Shown: positions 20,587-32,640, counted from the stretch's first letter. The stretch: 64,000 nt of DNA from an uncultured Chloroflexia bacterium (GCA_963849635.1 CAWKIA010000036.1:81923-145922); one strand, 5' to 3'. Numbers and translations are program-made. Notes: generated by a model not told the origin, from the letters alone.

Positions 20587-20811
20587 CTGGCCGCGCAGCC
20601 GGGCGACGGCTCGGTCGGTTCCTCGTCGCCCGAAAGGCCCGCATCGCGCTAAGTGGTCCGTCCGGCAAGTCTATGCGACTAACGGGGGTTGGGCGAGGCC
20701 GGCGCGGCGGGCTGCGCGGCACCAATTGCGCCTTCCCCAGACGAAGGGGAGGCGGCGGGCGTTCCAGTACCGGGTCGCGGCGGCCACCGCGCAGGCGACC
20801 TCATCCCAAGT

Positions 20812-22845
20812 CTAGAAGGTGTACAGAGCACAACCCACCTGGATGCCTGCTGCCACGTTGATGATCAGCCCGAGGTCGCCCCGATCGACCAACCCATGGT
20901 CTCGTACTGCTTGGATCCCGTATGGCAGCGACGACGTAAAGAGATCGCCCGCAGCGTGCGCACAAACATCCACAACTCGTTCTGGATCGATGAGGAGGGA
21001 GGATGCCAATCTTGCGACGAAGTTGACCGAGATCAGGGGTGGCAGCACTACCCGAATCTCTTCTCGGTCGATCCCTTCCGACATCAGCAGATCGTCGACT
21101 GCTGTCCGTATGCACGCGAGCAGGCAGTCTTCGTATTTTGGGTCCGAATCAATTGCCAGGCAGATGCCGTCTTCGCCCACCTTCGTGCGCACGGTATAGG
21201 CATCCAAATACTCGGTAACATAGCGGAACGAGAACGAGCCAAAGCCGTCTTGCTCATCAGCTGAGGGCTCCAAAATCACTGCCGATCCGGTCTCGCAGAC
21301 ACCTCGTACTACTTCGTCAATGCCTCGGTTGTTTTCGATCTCGGCGGTGGCGATCATGCAGACCTTGCCGCGTTGCGCCTTGATGAATTGGGCCGCGAGA
21401 TAGCACCCGTTCAAGAACCCAATCCCGCCGTTGAACACATCGAAAGCCAGCGTATGTTGCCGTGCGTTGGGCTCGGCGTCGGCATTGCAACCAAGTCGAC
21501 CCGCGAGGATAGTGGCGATTGCGGGCTCCATCAAGAAATCGTTCCGGTATACACCGGTGTAGATAAGCAGGTCGATATCGTTCGGGTGATAGGGCGTCTG
21601 CGCCAGGCAGGTCGTCGCCGCCTTCGTCGCCAGGTCTAGCGCGTCGGCGTGGCATGCACGGGTCGGGCATGCGATGCCGACTGCCCCGATGCGGACGCTC
21701 GGTGATCGTCCTCGCTCGAGCGCTCGGCCGCTTTGACGCCGGCGAGTTCGCCGAGTGGCGGGACCACCGGCGGTGGCACCCCGGAGAACGCGCTCAGGCA
21801 AGTCGTCAAAGGTGTACAACGCGGTACCAAATGTCAGTCCGCTCCCGGCGATATTAAACGCAACGCGGTCGCCGGATTTGACCCGACCGGCCTGGATGCC
21901 GTCCCAGACCGCAATCAACTGAGTCGACGTGGCCGTGTTTCCGCGATCCGTTAGGTTGTCGACCACATTGACGTCGCGACCGACCCCGTCCCCGTACCGA
22001 ACCTCTAGGTCCGACTTCACCCGCCGCAGCGTTGAACGAGACGTCTGATGGGGGATCATGTGATCGATATCTGAGATGGCCCAGCCTGCCCCCGTCAGCG
22101 TTCCATCGAGGTGCGTAAGCGCGTGCTCGATACCGACCGCGGCCATGGCCGCGGAGTCGGTCAGCATGATAGCCCCTCCGCGTGTCCGTTCGGACGGTTT
22201 CGCTACGCAGAGGTCGCTGTGGCGACCGATCGTGTACATATCGATCGCCTCAAATCCGACTCCCGGGGTGTCGGAGCGTTCCAAAACGACGGCCGCCGCC
22301 GCATCGCCCAGCGTCAGGCACGCGAGGCGTGGATCGGCTAGTCCTTCGATCTCCGCCTGCGCTGTAGTAGTCAGATGGGAAATGTAATCCCCGCTGACGA
22401 CCAGCGCGCACCGAATAACGCCGAGATTGAGCAAGGTGTCGACAACGCTGATGCCTGTAAAGAGTCCAGCGCACGCATTGGCGAGATCCATGGCCAATGC
22501 ATTGGTGAAGCCGAAGTGATGACGTAGTTGGACCGCGGTGGTTGGTTCGAACGAAAATCCGAAGGCCTTTTGATCGTACCTGCAGATGTTGCACGAAAGG
22601 AGGATGTCGATGTCCTGCGGTTTTCGATGGGATCGGCTCAGGCAATCCTCAATCGCGCGTTTCGCGAGATCTATCGAGAACTCCCCTTCTCCAGCAACGC
22701 GTCGCGTTTGGATCCCAGTGAGCCGTTCAAGCGGGAACTTGATCGGGGGGCGACATCCTTGGAGGATCTCTGCGGTTGAGACCGTTCGCGCCGGGAAATA
22801 GACGCCGAGGCTCTCAATTATGGTCTTGAACTCACGCTGTCCCAT
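20812..22845 (-). CDS. Tandem two-domain 3-oxoacyl-ACP synthase III (FabH-like) protein
   Basis: Domain 1 carries NACAG, PHQTS and GNTAT (Cys-His-Asn); domain 2 shows the same motif order but NGGIG, PPLIS and GDLFT. Confidence 0.85.
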   Translation of the reverse strand: MGQREFKTIIESLGVYFPARTVSTAEILQGCRPPIKFPLERLTGIQTRRVAGEGEFSIDLAKRAIEDCLSRSHRKPQDIDILLSCNICRYDQKAFGFSFEPTTAVQLRHHFGFTNALAMDLANACAGLFTGISVVDTLLNLGVIRCALVVSGDYISHLTTTAQAEIEGLADPRLACLTLGDAAAAVVLERSDTPGVGFEAIDMYTIGRHSDLCVAKPSERTRGGAIMLTDSAAMAAVGIEHALTHLDGTLTGAGWAISDIDHMIPHQTSRSTLRRVKSDLEVRYGDGVGRDVNVVDNLTDRGNTATSTQLIAVWDGIQAGRVKSGDRVAFNIAGSGLTFGTALYTFDDLPERVLRGATAGGPATRRTRRRQSGRALERGRSPSVRIGAVGIACPTRACHADALDLATKAATTCLAQTPYHPNDIDLLIYTGVYRNDFLMEPAIATILAGRLGCNADAEPNARQHTLAFDVFNGGIGFLNGCYLAAQFIKAQRGKVCMIATAEIENNRGIDEVVRGVCETGSAVILEPSADEQDGFGSFSFRYVTEYLDAYTVRTKVGEDGICLAIDSDPKYEDCLLACIRTAVDDLLMSEGIDREEIRVVLPPLISVNFVARLASSLLIDPERVVDVCAHAAGDLFTSSLPYGIQAVRDHGLVDRGDLGLIINVAAGIQVGCALYTF

Positions 22846-23125
22846 GGTCCGATACCCCCTTTGCCGTCGTCCGCCAGAGGGCTGACCGGGTCGCCAATCG
22901 CTTCATCTGGTGCACTCACGAGACGTTAACGGATTAGGGAGACGGACGCAACTAGTGGCCGAGAACGGGCAAGCGGGCAAGCGGGCACGAAAAGCTTCGG
23001 CGCCACGACCTTCGCATTCGGGGCGATCGAGCTCTGTGTGATCGTTCGTACCGTTGGTTCGCCGATCTGACCTCGGCTTCCTCGCGGATCTGCTTCCGGG
23101 TGGCCGCGCCGCTGGCGTCACCGGT

Positions 23126-24460
23126 CTACTGCTGAGACAGTCCAGGAGCGGCCGTGGTGCTGGCTTCCTTGGACCTGAGGGCCGGAACTTCTCGCCAGAA
23201 TCTGTCGACCACGACCGCCAGGGCCAGGAAAGCCACGAGCGCAATCGCGGTTCCCGGCTCGTCTACCAGTGTCTCCACCGTGAACACGACAAGGGTGATG
23301 ACAACGGTGATGATCGACAGGTAGACGATCGCGACTTTGGCGCCGGTTTCCTTCACGAGTTTGAGGTGCGCAATACCGACCATCATGAAGACCACGAGAC
23401 CGACCGCGCTGCCGATCGATGCGATCGCCGACAGATCGAAGAGCAACGTCAGGATGCAGACGAGGATTGTCGAGAGCACCGTTCCGACGTTCCCGTATTT
23501 TCCGGACTTCCGGCCGAGAACTTCTGGGAACTGACCGATCTTGGTCAGGTAGGAGACGACGCCGGTTGTCGCGAAAAACTGGGAGTTGACGGCCGACGAG
23601 GTTGAGAAGACCGCGGCGATCGTCATGATGACGAAACCGGCGCTCCCCAGGATCGGCTCCGCGGCCTTGGCGATCGCGGTGTTCCCGGCGGCGATGACCT
23701 CTTCGAGTGGGAGCATGGCGAAGACACCAATCGCAATTGCGACGTAGAGAATAGTCGTGATGATCAGAGACAGATACATGGCTCGTGGCAGGTCTTTCTT
23801 CGGATCCTCCAGGTCTTCCGACGCAAACGCAACGACGGCGAAGCCGAGGAATGCGAAGAAGGTCAGCGCCACACTCGAGATGATGGAAGTGATTCCCGGG
23901 TATCCATCAGGTGAGAGTAGCGAGTAATCTCCATTGCGCAGCGTGATGTAAGAGAATCCTCCCAAAATGGTGATGACTGCCCACACGATCGCCGTCTGGA
24001 CACGAGCGACTGAACCCCTGGCCGTCTCGAGATTGAGGATCGCCATCACCACGATGATGACCAACGCCAGGAGTTTGGTTGCCTCTGGCGAAACCTCGTC
24101 GCCAAAGAAGAGCGCGCCCGCGTAGCTGCCAAACGAGAGGGCGACCATGACCGTGACGATCTGACCGACGAGGTAGTAGAGCCACGACACGATTCCGGTC
24201 ACATGCCCGTTGCCGAACCCCTGGACGAGGTACTCGATCGTCCCACCCCGAGAGGGGTAGCGAGCGCCGAGCTTGACGAAGGAATAGCCCTGCAGCATCG
24301 AGATCGCCCCAGCGATCAGGAACGAAATCCAGACCGCGGTGCCGGCAATCGCTCCGGCTTCCCCGAGGAGCGCGAAGATGCCGGCGCCCACCATCGCGCC
24401 GACGCCCATGAAGGCGGCCCCAAACATGCTGATCTGTCCGCGGCCGTTCTCCTTCTCCAT
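23126..24460 (-). CDS. APC family amino acid permease
   Basis: GVGAMVGAGIF, ARYPSRGG and FFAFLGF...A.ASE...PKKDLPRA motifs. Confidence 0.9.
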   Translation of the reverse strand: MEKENGRGQISMFGAAFMGVGAMVGAGIFALLGEAGAIAGTAVWISFLIAGAISMLQGYSFVKLGARYPSRGGTIEYLVQGFGNGHVTGIVSWLYYLVGQIVTVMVALSFGSYAGALFFGDEVSPEATKLLALVIIVVMAILNLETARGSVARVQTAIVWAVITILGGFSYITLRNGDYSLLSPDGYPGITSIISSVALTFFAFLGFAVVAFASEDLEDPKKDLPRAMYLSLIITTILYVAIAIGVFAMLPLEEVIAAGNTAIAKAAEPILGSAGFVIMTIAAVFSTSSAVNSQFFATTGVVSYLTKIGQFPEVLGRKSGKYGNVGTVLSTILVCILTLLFDLSAIASIGSAVGLVVFMMVGIAHLKLVKETGAKVAIVYLSIITVVITLVVFTVETLVDEPGTAIALVAFLALAVVVDRFWREVPALRSKEASTTAAPGLSQQ

Positions 24461-24681
24461 GTGCGATCAACTCCGTTGCAGTCCGAGATGGCTCCCCGGC
24501 TAGGCGAGCCCGAGCGAGGATGCAGTGCTCGGGCATGGGCCCGCCCTGACGATGACGTAAAGGGACGTTACGCGCTCGCGGGAGATGACTCCTCTGAACT
24601 GACCGGATGTGACGGGCGGCCCCAACGTCGGCCCCGACCTGGTAGGCACACGCGACCCCGAGCGGAACGCCGTTACCCTCT

Positions 24682-24729
24682 CGAATACCCTACGGGCGGT
24701 TGCACTGTACTCAGACCAAGGGTGTATTC
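24682..24729 (-). promoter_or_regulatory. Regulon promoter element, site G
   Basis: GAATACACCCTT-GGTC-TGAGTA-CAGTGCAACCGCCCGTAGGG-TATTCG (weaker -10). Confidence 0.6.
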
Positions 24730-24785
24730 AACGGAACAAGGATTCTGAATATCCCGCCGTTGAAGCACGCGCTTCGTTCTCGGGC

Positions 24786-25658
24786 TCACCACCGGTGGAG
24801 ACTGATTCGTGCATCCGGGAAAAGCTCTCCGAGGCGTTTGAGAACCTCCTCCCGGACGGCTTGATCGTTGAGGCCAGTCCAGGTCACGCGTACCTGGGTT
24901 CCCTGGTTGATCGTCTCCTGCGCCAACCGTCCCGCCATACGTCCGAGCCGTGGAAGCCGGGCGATTGGCCCAGGCACCCGTACTTTTCTCAGACGTGAGC
25001 GGACCGCAATCTCAGGAAGGGAGATAAATCCCGGCACCTCGGCAAGCGCGTTCTCGACCAGCGCCCGCGTATCTTCGACCGACCGGCCGGTCTTGCCGAT
25101 GCCGTGAACGGTGACGATGGTCAGGGTAGCCCGGTCGGGACTGTAGTTGAGGACTGCTTGGGTGAAGACGAATGAATTCGGGGCGATGACCCGGGTGCCA
25201 TCATGGGCACGGATCACCGTTGTGCGAAGGGAAATCTCCTCGACGGTGCCCTCGACATCGTGGTTCGAGTACTTGACATGGTCACCAATGTTATATGGGC
25301 GCTCGAACAGGATGAACGTCCCGGCGACGAGACTCTGGAGGACGCCCTGGAGCCCGAGCGCGACAACGAGCGTGCCCAATCCGACCGCGGTCAGCAGCGT
25401 GGCCCAGGTAGCGCCCCACAGTGAAAGGAGCAGCGTTGCCGCGGCGCCGAAGATGCCCAGAGTGACCGCGTTCTCGACGATCCGCTTGGCATTCTCGGGG
25501 GCGAGGGTTGGGACCAACCGCCGCCCGATCTGGCGCCGTAGTCTGCGCGCAACGACGGCAGCGCCGAGAAAAACGACAACCGCTTCGGCCATGCCGAAGC
25601 CGATCGAAATGAACTGCTCCAGGGCACGATGCAACGTGTCCCTGACCGTGTCACCCAT
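24786..25658 (-). CDS. MscS family mechanosensitive channel
   Basis: ALGLQ..L..LVAG..I..ERPY.IGD and GTVEEI.LR.T.....DG.....PN motifs. Confidence 0.9.
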   Translation of the reverse strand: MGDTVRDTLHRALEQFISIGFGMAEAVVVFLGAAVVARRLRRQIGRRLVPTLAPENAKRIVENAVTLGIFGAAATLLLSLWGATWATLLTAVGLGTLVVALGLQGVLQSLVAGTFILFERPYNIGDHVKYSNHDVEGTVEEISLRTTVIRAHDGTRVIAPNSFVFTQAVLNYSPDRATLTIVTVHGIGKTGRSVEDTRALVENALAEVPGFISLPEIAVRSRLRKVRVPGPIARLPRLGRMAGRLAQETINQGTQVRVTWTGLNDQAVREEVLKRLGELFPDARISLHRW

Positions 25659-25744
25659 GCCTGCACGTGCCCGCTTGCCTGCCTGCCCACATCCACTGGT
25701 CCGTGAGCACGACGCTGAGATGCCTGCACGTAGGGTCGATCAGG

Positions 25745-26659
25745 TCAGTTCGGTACGATGTTCGTGCCCTTATTGCCCTCGACGATCCCTTCGATGTCTT
25801 GCAGTGCTCCGATCGCCGCCCTCCCGCCGGTCTTCTCCACGAACTGCAGTGCGGCTTCCACCTTTGGTCCCATCGAGCCAGCAGGAAATCGATGCTGCCT
25901 GAGCTCAGCGACAGTGATCCGATCGAGCCGGCGTTGGTTAGCCGTCCCAAAATCGAGGTAAACACCGTCGACGTCCGTCGCCATCACAAAGACGTCGGCA
26001 TTGAGCTCTCGCGCGAGCAGTTCGCTGGCCAAATCCTTGTCAATGACGGCCTCGATCCCGCCGAGCGTGCGAGTGCCGTCGGCTGCATAGGCGGTTGGAA
26101 TGCCGCCACCGCCGGCGCAGATGACGACCGTGCCTTTTTCGATCATCCACTTGATCGGCCGGAGCTCGAAAATCCTACGCGGCAGGGGCGAGGGCACGAC
26201 CCGCCGCCACTTGGCGCCATCCTGCTTGAACGTCCACCCCTTGGCTTCGGCTAGCCGGTCGGCCTCTGCCCGGTCGTAGATCGGGCCGACGAACTTTGTG
26301 GGATCGGCGAAAGCAGCATCGGCCGGATCGACCTCCACCATGGTCAGAAGTGTCGCGAGGGGGACATCGAACGGGAGCAGGTTTCCCAATTCCTGTTCGA
26401 GCATGTAGCCGATCATGCCCTCGGTCTGGGCGCCTAGGACGTCGAGTGGATAAGGTTCCACCGCGGAATATGCTTGAGCCTGGAGCGCTAAGAGTCCGAC
26501 CTGCGGCCCGTTTCCGTGAGTCAGCACGAGCTCGTGGCGCTGGGCCACCGGCGCCAGCGCTGTCGCTGCGATCCGGCAGTTGGCGCGTTGGACCTCAGCC
26601 GTCATCGGTTCGCCCCGTTTCAGGAGCGCGTTTCCCCCAAGTGCGACGACGACTCGCAT
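25745..26659 (-). CDS. arcC: Carbamate kinase
   Basis: [38 protein letters not shown] and GSMGPK motifs. Confidence 0.95.
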   Translation of the reverse strand: MRVVVALGGNALLKRGEPMTAEVQRANCRIAATALAPVAQRHELVLTHGNGPQVGLLALQAQAYSAVEPYPLDVLGAQTEGMIGYMLEQELGNLLPFDVPLATLLTMVEVDPADAAFADPTKFVGPIYDRAEADRLAEAKGWTFKQDGAKWRRVVPSPLPRRIFELRPIKWMIEKGTVVICAGGGGIPTAYAADGTRTLGGIEAVIDKDLASELLARELNADVFVMATDVDGVYLDFGTANQRRLDRITVAELRQHRFPAGSMGPKVEAALQFVEKTGGRAAIGALQDIEGIVEGNKGTNIVPN

Positions 26660-26684
26660 CGCGTGCGTCCTCCTCGTGCGTGTC

Positions 26685-28238
26685 TCAGGCGACGCCTGTC
26701 GCCGGCTGGAGCGGTATCGCCTCCTCCTTCGCCGGGAGCGCCGTCTCATCTCCGGGTATGACCTCGTCGGGACCGTATTTCTCCATCTTGAACCCCGTGA
26801 ACCCGTAGATCAGGGAGATGATGGGGTTGATGATGTTGAAGAAGCAGTAGGGGGCATAGTCAAAGGTCGAGATGCCGAGCACACCAGTGTGATAGGCACC
26901 GCAGGAATTCCAGGGAACGAGGACAGAGGTCACGGTACCGCCGTCCTCGACGACCCGTGAGAGCAATTCCGGTTTGTAGCGTCGCCGCCTGAACTCTAGC
27001 CGGAAGCTCCGGGACGGAATCACGATGGCGACGTACTGGTCGGCCGCGATGATGTTCAACCCGATACCGGTGCCGATGACCGTCGCCACCAGCAACCCAC
27101 CCGACTTCGCCTTGGCGAGCACGCCTTTGACGAGAAGGTCGAGGAAGCCGGCCGCTTCCATGATCGCGCCGAACGCGAGCGCGCCAAGGATCAGCCAGAC
27201 CGTGACGAGCATGCTGTCCATGCCGCCGCCCGAGAAGAGTGTGTCAATCGGCGCGACGCCGCTGTTCGAGACGAATCCGGTCGCCATCGCGGCGTAGATC
27301 CCCTTGACCAGCGCGAACGGAGTGCTCAAGTCCGGATCGTTCGCAAACTGGAGCACGAGGTCGTGTTGGGTGATGGTGGCGAGTACGCCCGAGAAGATCG
27401 CCGTGATGAAGATCGACAGGAAGGCCGGGAATTTCTTGAGACTGAAGGCGACCAGCAGCACCACCGGCAACAGATTGATGATCGAGATGTTGTAGATCTG
27501 CCCGATCGTCTCGCGGGCAGCATCGGTGCTCACGGAACCGGTGACGTCCTGTGTCAGGCTGATGATGAGGAAGATCACCGTCGAGACCGCGAACGCGGGA
27601 CCGACCGTGTAGAGCATGAAGCGAATGTGCTGGTTCGTCGTGACGCCGCCGACCAGACTCGGCACGAGGATGGTCGTCTCGGAGAGCGGCGACATCTTGT
27701 CGCCCATGTAGGCGCCGGAGATAACCGCGCCGGCCGTGATCTCCGGCGAGACGCCGAGGACGTTCGCGATGCCGACGAAGGCCACGCCGAGTGTGCCCGC
27801 GGTCGTCCACGAGCTCCCCGTGACCGTCCCGGTGATGGCGCAGATCAGGGTCACTGCGGCCAGGAAATAGGATGGTTTGAGGATCGCAAGACCGTAATCG
27901 ACGATCGTCGGGATCGTGCCCGCCATGTTCCAGGTGCCGATGAGGGCGCCGACGGCGAGTAGGATGAAGATGGCACCCAACGCCGACGATATGCCGCCGA
28001 TGACCGCGTTCCCGAGCGTGATGTACGAGTAGCCGTTCTTGTGGGCGATCACGGCGGCGATGGTCGCCGCCGTGAAGAGAGCGACCTGGAGCGGTCCGAG
28101 CGTCGAGTCGAGCCCGAACAGGTAAACGGAAAGGGCGATCAGTCCGATCAGGGCCACGACCGGAATGAGCGCATCGAGCATGCTCGGCGGCCTCGGCTGT
28201 GGTTCCACTTCTGATTCGTTCTGACTCGGATCCGACAT
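26685..28238 (-). CDS. NhaC family (ArcD-like) antiporter inside the arc operon
   Basis: [26 protein letters not shown] and LVPWNSCG motifs. Confidence 0.87.
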   Translation of the reverse strand: MSDPSQNESEVEPQPRPPSMLDALIPVVALIGLIALSVYLFGLDSTLGPLQVALFTAATIAAVIAHKNGYSYITLGNAVIGGISSALGAIFILLAVGALIGTWNMAGTIPTIVDYGLAILKPSYFLAAVTLICAITGTVTGSSWTTAGTLGVAFVGIANVLGVSPEITAGAVISGAYMGDKMSPLSETTILVPSLVGGVTTNQHIRFMLYTVGPAFAVSTVIFLIISLTQDVTGSVSTDAARETIGQIYNISIINLLPVVLLVAFSLKKFPAFLSIFITAIFSGVLATITQHDLVLQFANDPDLSTPFALVKGIYAAMATGFVSNSGVAPIDTLFSGGGMDSMLVTVWLILGALAFGAIMEAAGFLDLLVKGVLAKAKSGGLLVATVIGTGIGLNIIAADQYVAIVIPSRSFRLEFRRRRYKPELLSRVVEDGGTVTSVLVPWNSCGAYHTGVLGISTFDYAPYCFFNIINPIISLIYGFTGFKMEKYGPDEVIPGDETALPAKEEAIPLQPATGVA

Positions 28239-28281
28239 GACGCGAACCTCCCATTGGGCGCCGCGGCGTAAGGTCGCTTGA

Positions 28282-29295
28282 TCAGTTGCCCAGCGTCGCG
28301 ACGAGGATGGCCTTGATCGTGTGCATCCGGTTCTCGGCCTGGTCGAAGACGATCGAGGCCGGGGACTCGAAGACCTCCTCGGTCACCTCCATGCAGTCGA
28401 TCCCGAAATGCTCGTACGTCTCCTGGCCGACCTTTGTCTCGCGGTTGTGGAACGCGGGCAGGCAGTGCATGAACTTGGCGTTCGGATTTCCTGTGCGCCG
28501 CATCACTTCGGCGTTGATCTGATACGGCATGAGCAGCTTGATGCGCTGTCCCCAAACATCGTGGGACTCGCCCATCGACACCCAGACGTCCGTGTGAACG
28601 AAGTCGGCACCGGCGACGCCTTGAGCGACATCGTCGGTGACCGTGATGCGGGCGCCGGTCTGCGCGGCGCGGGCCCGGTGCTTTTCGATGAAGTCCGCGG
28701 CCGGCCAGAGTTCCTGGGGAGCGACGATCCGGACGTCCATGCCGAGCATGGCCCCGGTTTCGAGCAGCGAACGCCCCATGTTGTTCCGGGCGTCGCCGAG
28801 GAAGGCGTATGCCGTCTGCTCGAGGGGTTTGTTCGAGTGCTCGCGCATGGTCAGAACATCGGCGAGCATCTGCGTTGGGTGGAACTCGTCGGTCAGGCCG
28901 TTGTAGACCGGAACCCCGGCGTATTTGGCGAGCGTCTCGACGAGATCCTGCGAGAAGCCGCGGTACTCGATCGCGTCGTACATCCGGCCCAGCACGCGTG
29001 CGGTGTCCTTCATCGATTCTTTGTGGCCGATCTGAGAGCCTTCAGGCCCGAGATACGTCACGTGCGCGCCTTGGTCGTACGCAGCCACCTCGAACGCGCA
29101 ACGTGTCCGCGTCGACGTCTTTTCGAAGATCAGCACGATCTCCTTCTGGGTCAGCCGCTGTCGCTCGGTCCCGCTCTTTTTCTCAGCCTTGAGCGCGCTC
29201 GAAAGGTCGAGGAGGGCAATGAACTGCTCTTTTGTCAGGTCGCCAACATCGAGTAAGTTCTTTCCCTTCAAAAAGGTGGGCATGGTCGTAACCAT
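28282..29295 (-). CDS. arcB: Ornithine carbamoyltransferase (catabolic by context)
   Basis: STRTR, HPTQ and HCLP motifs; located within the ADI operon. Confidence 0.93.
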   Translation of the reverse strand: MVTTMPTFLKGKNLLDVGDLTKEQFIALLDLSSALKAEKKSGTERQRLTQKEIVLIFEKTSTRTRCAFEVAAYDQGAHVTYLGPEGSQIGHKESMKDTARVLGRMYDAIEYRGFSQDLVETLAKYAGVPVYNGLTDEFHPTQMLADVLTMREHSNKPLEQTAYAFLGDARNNMGRSLLETGAMLGMDVRIVAPQELWPAADFIEKHRARAAQTGARITVTDDVAQGVAGADFVHTDVWVSMGESHDVWGQRIKLLMPYQINAEVMRRTGNPNAKFMHCLPAFHNRETKVGQETYEHFGIDCMEVTEEVFESPASIVFDQAENRMHTIKAILVATLGN

Positions 29296-29350
29296 GGATT
29301 CGGTGTCCTCCCTCTAACGCACGGTACAGCGAGGGCTGCACGTCCGACGA

Positions 29351-30868
29351 CTAATCAATTGCCGCTGCTATCGCGAGCAACAGCGCGCAGAGAACGGTCA
29401 GCGCGGCCAACAGTGGCGTGACGAATTTCAGCCAGGTGCCGTACCCGACCCGGGCGATCGCCAGCCCTCCCATCACGACGGCCGACGTCGGGGTGATGAG
29501 GTTGACGAGACCAGACCCGAACTGGAAGGCGCTGACCACGTGCTCACCGGCAATGCCCGCGAACGCCGCCAGCGGCACCATGATCGGCATGGTCACGGTC
29601 GCGAGACCGGAGGTGGACGGGATCAGGAATGAAAGCGGGATGAAGAGGATGAAGAGGATGAGCACGAAACCGGTGCCACTCAGGTCCGCGACCGCGTCTT
29701 CACACCAACTGAGCACGGTGTCCGTGATCTTCCCGTTGTTCATAATCACGGTGATGCCGCGGGCGATCCCGATGATGAGCGCCACGCCGAGGAGATCGCG
29801 CGACCCATCGATGAATGAGCCAGTCAAGTCCGCCTCGGACAAGCCGCCGGCGATGCCGACCACCACGGCGAAGAAGATGAACGAGGCCGTCATCTCGGGG
29901 AACCACCACCACAGCGTGGGAAGCCCAACGCCCATGTCCTCCCAGGGAATGACGCCGTAGATCATCACCAGAAAGGAGAGCCCGAAGAGGGCAAGCACGA
30001 TCTTGCGTCGCCCGGTGAAGACACCGAAGTCCTCAGAATCTTGTCCCGCCAAGAATTGCCGCTCGTTCTCCTCTTTCTGGGCGAAGACGAGGGACTTCGA
30101 GGGATCGGCTTTGACTTTCTCGGCGTAGCGCATCATGAAAAAGATGCCCATCGCGAGACCAATGACGAGCACGAGGATCCGGAGCAGGATTCCGTCGGCG
30201 ATTGACACGTCGGCGAAGCCCGAGGCGATGCCGGTGGCGAACGGGTTGACTGTCGAGCCGAGGACGCCGATACCGGCGCCGAGCAAGATCACCGCCGCCC
30301 CGGTCAGCGCGTCGTACCCCGCGGCGATCATGACCGCCACGATCAAGGGATAGAAGGCGAGGGTCTCTTCGGCCATGCCGTACGATGTGCCGCCGAGGGC
30401 GAAGATCCCCATCAAGATCGGGATCATAAACTTCTCGCGGCCCTTCATCGCGACCACGACCTTGGCGATGCCCGCGTTGATCGCTCCGGTCTTCATCGTC
30501 ACACCGAGGAAACCGCCGATCACCAGGATGAAGAGCGCGACGTCGATGGCGCCGAACAACTCCCCGGTGTTCCAGAAGCTGATGTTTCCGGTCTCGTCCT
30601 CGACGCCGTACAGGCCGTTGATCGGCGCCTTGAGCGAGTCGAGCAGGATCTTTTGCGGTTCGGTATCGACTTCCTGGTAGGTGCCGGGAAGGGGCTCGCC
30701 GTCTTCGTTGTATTCGTAGGAGCCGGACGGGACGATCCAGGTCGCGATCGCCACCAAGACGATCAGGGCGAAGAGGATCGTGTAGGCGCTCGGAAGCGCA
30801 AACGACCGCTTCTTCTTCTCGCTATCGGGTGGGCCGGGCGTGGCAGATGCGACTTCGGGTTGCGCCAT
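29351..30868 (-). CDS. YfcC family membrane protein (putative arginine/ornithine antiporter)
   Basis: PSAYTILF, GMAEE, NPFATGIAS, IPSTSGLA..TMPI and NLITPTS motifs. Confidence 0.88.
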   Translation of the reverse strand: MAQPEVASATPGPPDSEKKKRSFALPSAYTILFALIVLVAIATWIVPSGSYEYNEDGEPLPGTYQEVDTEPQKILLDSLKAPINGLYGVEDETGNISFWNTGELFGAIDVALFILVIGGFLGVTMKTGAINAGIAKVVVAMKGREKFMIPILMGIFALGGTSYGMAEETLAFYPLIVAVMIAAGYDALTGAAVILLGAGIGVLGSTVNPFATGIASGFADVSIADGILLRILVLVIGLAMGIFFMMRYAEKVKADPSKSLVFAQKEENERQFLAGQDSEDFGVFTGRRKIVLALFGLSFLVMIYGVIPWEDMGVGLPTLWWWFPEMTASFIFFAVVVGIAGGLSEADLTGSFIDGSRDLLGVALIIGIARGITVIMNNGKITDTVLSWCEDAVADLSGTGFVLILFILFIPLSFLIPSTSGLATVTMPIMVPLAAFAGIAGEHVVSAFQFGSGLVNLITPTSAVVMGGLAIARVGYGTWLKFVTPLLAALTVLCALLLAIAAAID

Positions 30869-30915
30869 CGTGCGACCTCCATTTGTGGCTGGGATCGGCG
30901 TGGGTGATCCGCAGC

Positions 30916-31362
30916 CTACAACCTGTCGAGCCTGATCTGGATCAAGTCCTCGACCCGATTGAGGACGAGCGAGAGTCTGAGGAGGCGGATCTTGGTCAGG
31001 TCGTTGGAGGTATCGTCGGCGGCCTCATCGATCTGATCGATCGCGGCGTTCAACGTGTCCTTGGCCTGTTGCAGCGTCGGCTTCGCCTGGTCCGGCGACT
31101 GCGTCGCCGCGGTGGCCAGCAACTGCCGGACCTCTTCAAGCGCCGGCTGCACCTCGGCGGGCGCTTGCTCCTGGTCGACGACGATGGTCATCGCGGTTTC
31201 AGCACCGATCGCGGCCGGCGCGGAGATCAGCGCCTGCGGCGGTCCTTCGAAGAGCGCTTCCCGGTCGCGACCGAAGAAGTCGTGATCACCGTCGCCGATC
31301 GTCAGCAGTAAGATGATCCCCGCACCGGCGAGGACGGCAGCAATCCAGCCCCAGACGCCCAT
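30916..31362 (-). CDS. Hypothetical membrane-anchored helical protein inside the arc operon
   Basis: GGAGG RBS directly after the arcA stop; N-terminal TM and heptad-rich C-terminus. Confidence 0.7.
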   Translation of the reverse strand: MGVWGWIAAVLAGAGIILLLTIGDGDHDFFGRDREALFEGPPQALISAPAAIGAETAMTIVVDQEQAPAEVQPALEEVRQLLATAATQSPDQAKPTLQQAKDTLNAAIDQIDEAADDTSNDLTKIRLLRLSLVLNRVEDLIQIRLDRL

Positions 31363-31377
31363 TGCTCAGCCTCCCAA

Positions 31378-32640
31378 TCAGACCGGATCCCGCAGGATCG
31401 GGCAGGTCATGCAGTGCCCGCCGCCTCGCCCTTTACCGAGCTCAAACCCCTGAATCGGCAGGACTTCGACACCGGCGTTCCGCATGGCGGCAATCGTGTA
31501 GGTGTTCCGCTCGTAGGTCACGATCACACCCGGTTCAATTGCCACGGTGTTGTTGGCGTCGTCCCATTGCTCCCGCTCTTGCTGGTACTGGTCGCCGCCG
31601 GTCTCAACGACGGTCAGCTTCTTCACGCCCATCGCGTCCTGTACCGCACCGAGGAAGTCCTTCTCGACCGTCACGTGGAAGTCGCCTTCCTTCTTGCCAG
31701 GACGGAGGCTGATGGCACGGATCCGGTTCACGACTTGGGGGTAGGCCGTGACCTTGTCGCGGTCGAGCATCGTGAAAACCGTGTCAAGGTGCATATGGGC
31801 CCGGTCCTTGCCCATCACGGCGGCGATGACGCGCTCCGCCGCTCCCTTGGCGAAAAGCGCCTTGGCGATCTGCTCGATCATCCGCCCCTGGGTGCGCTCG
31901 CTCATGCCGATGAGGACCGTGCCGTTGCCGATTGGCTGGACATCTCCGCCCTCGAGGGTCGCCCGGCCGAAGTCTTTGACGTCAAATAGGCCATCGTCAC
32001 CGATCTCCGGATACCACCACGAGAATTCGCTCTGGCGGAACATGGGGTGGTATCGGTAGATCGTCAGGAGGTTGAGCGATTCGCGGCGTCGCGCCGGCCA
32101 GTACATCGGATTGACGGAGACGCCGCCGAAGATCCAGCAAGAGGAGTCACGCATGAAGAGCGAGTTCGGGAGGGGTGGTAGAACGAACGTCGACGGATCG
32201 TCGAGTGCCGCGCCAATGAGCGAGACCTTACGGAGCGCCTTCCAATCGAGATTGGCCTCCGCGACCGTTAATCCACCGATCAGGTGTTTGGCAAGGGTGG
32301 GTGCATCGAGCCCCGATAGGAAATCGCCCACCTCGTCGGCCGCCGACCAGCCGACCATGTAGGGGGAGGCGACCGCCTCGATCAACTTGTGACGAGCCTC
32401 GTCGCTGGCGGCGATGGCCTCCGCCAGCATCTCGTTGAGGTAAAGGACTTCGGCCCCTCGCTCACGGAGCACGGCGACGAATGCGTCGTGCTCCCGTTGC
32501 GCTTGCTCCACCCAGAGGACGTCATCAAAGAGCAGTTCGTCGTGAGAGGAGGGAGTCAGGCGCTGGAGGCTGAGATCCGGACGATGAACCATGACCTTGT
32601 GGAGTTTTCCGACCTCGGAATAAACACCAAGTGTGGGCAT
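31378..32640 (-). CDS. arcA: Arginine deiminase
   Basis: SEVGKL, LLFDD, PLPN..F.RD, EGGD, MHLDTV and [13 protein letters not shown] motifs. Confidence 0.96.
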   Translation of the reverse strand: MPTLGVYSEVGKLHKVMVHRPDLSLQRLTPSSHDELLFDDVLWVEQAQREHDAFVAVLRERGAEVLYLNEMLAEAIAASDEARHKLIEAVASPYMVGWSAADEVGDFLSGLDAPTLAKHLIGGLTVAEANLDWKALRKVSLIGAALDDPSTFVLPPLPNSLFMRDSSCWIFGGVSVNPMYWPARRRESLNLLTIYRYHPMFRQSEFSWWYPEIGDDGLFDVKDFGRATLEGGDVQPIGNGTVLIGMSERTQGRMIEQIAKALFAKGAAERVIAAVMGKDRAHMHLDTVFTMLDRDKVTAYPQVVNRIRAISLRPGKKEGDFHVTVEKDFLGAVQDAMGVKKLTVVETGGDQYQQEREQWDDANNTVAIEPGVIVTYERNTYTIAAMRNAGVEVLPIQGFELGKGRGGGHCMTCPILRDPV

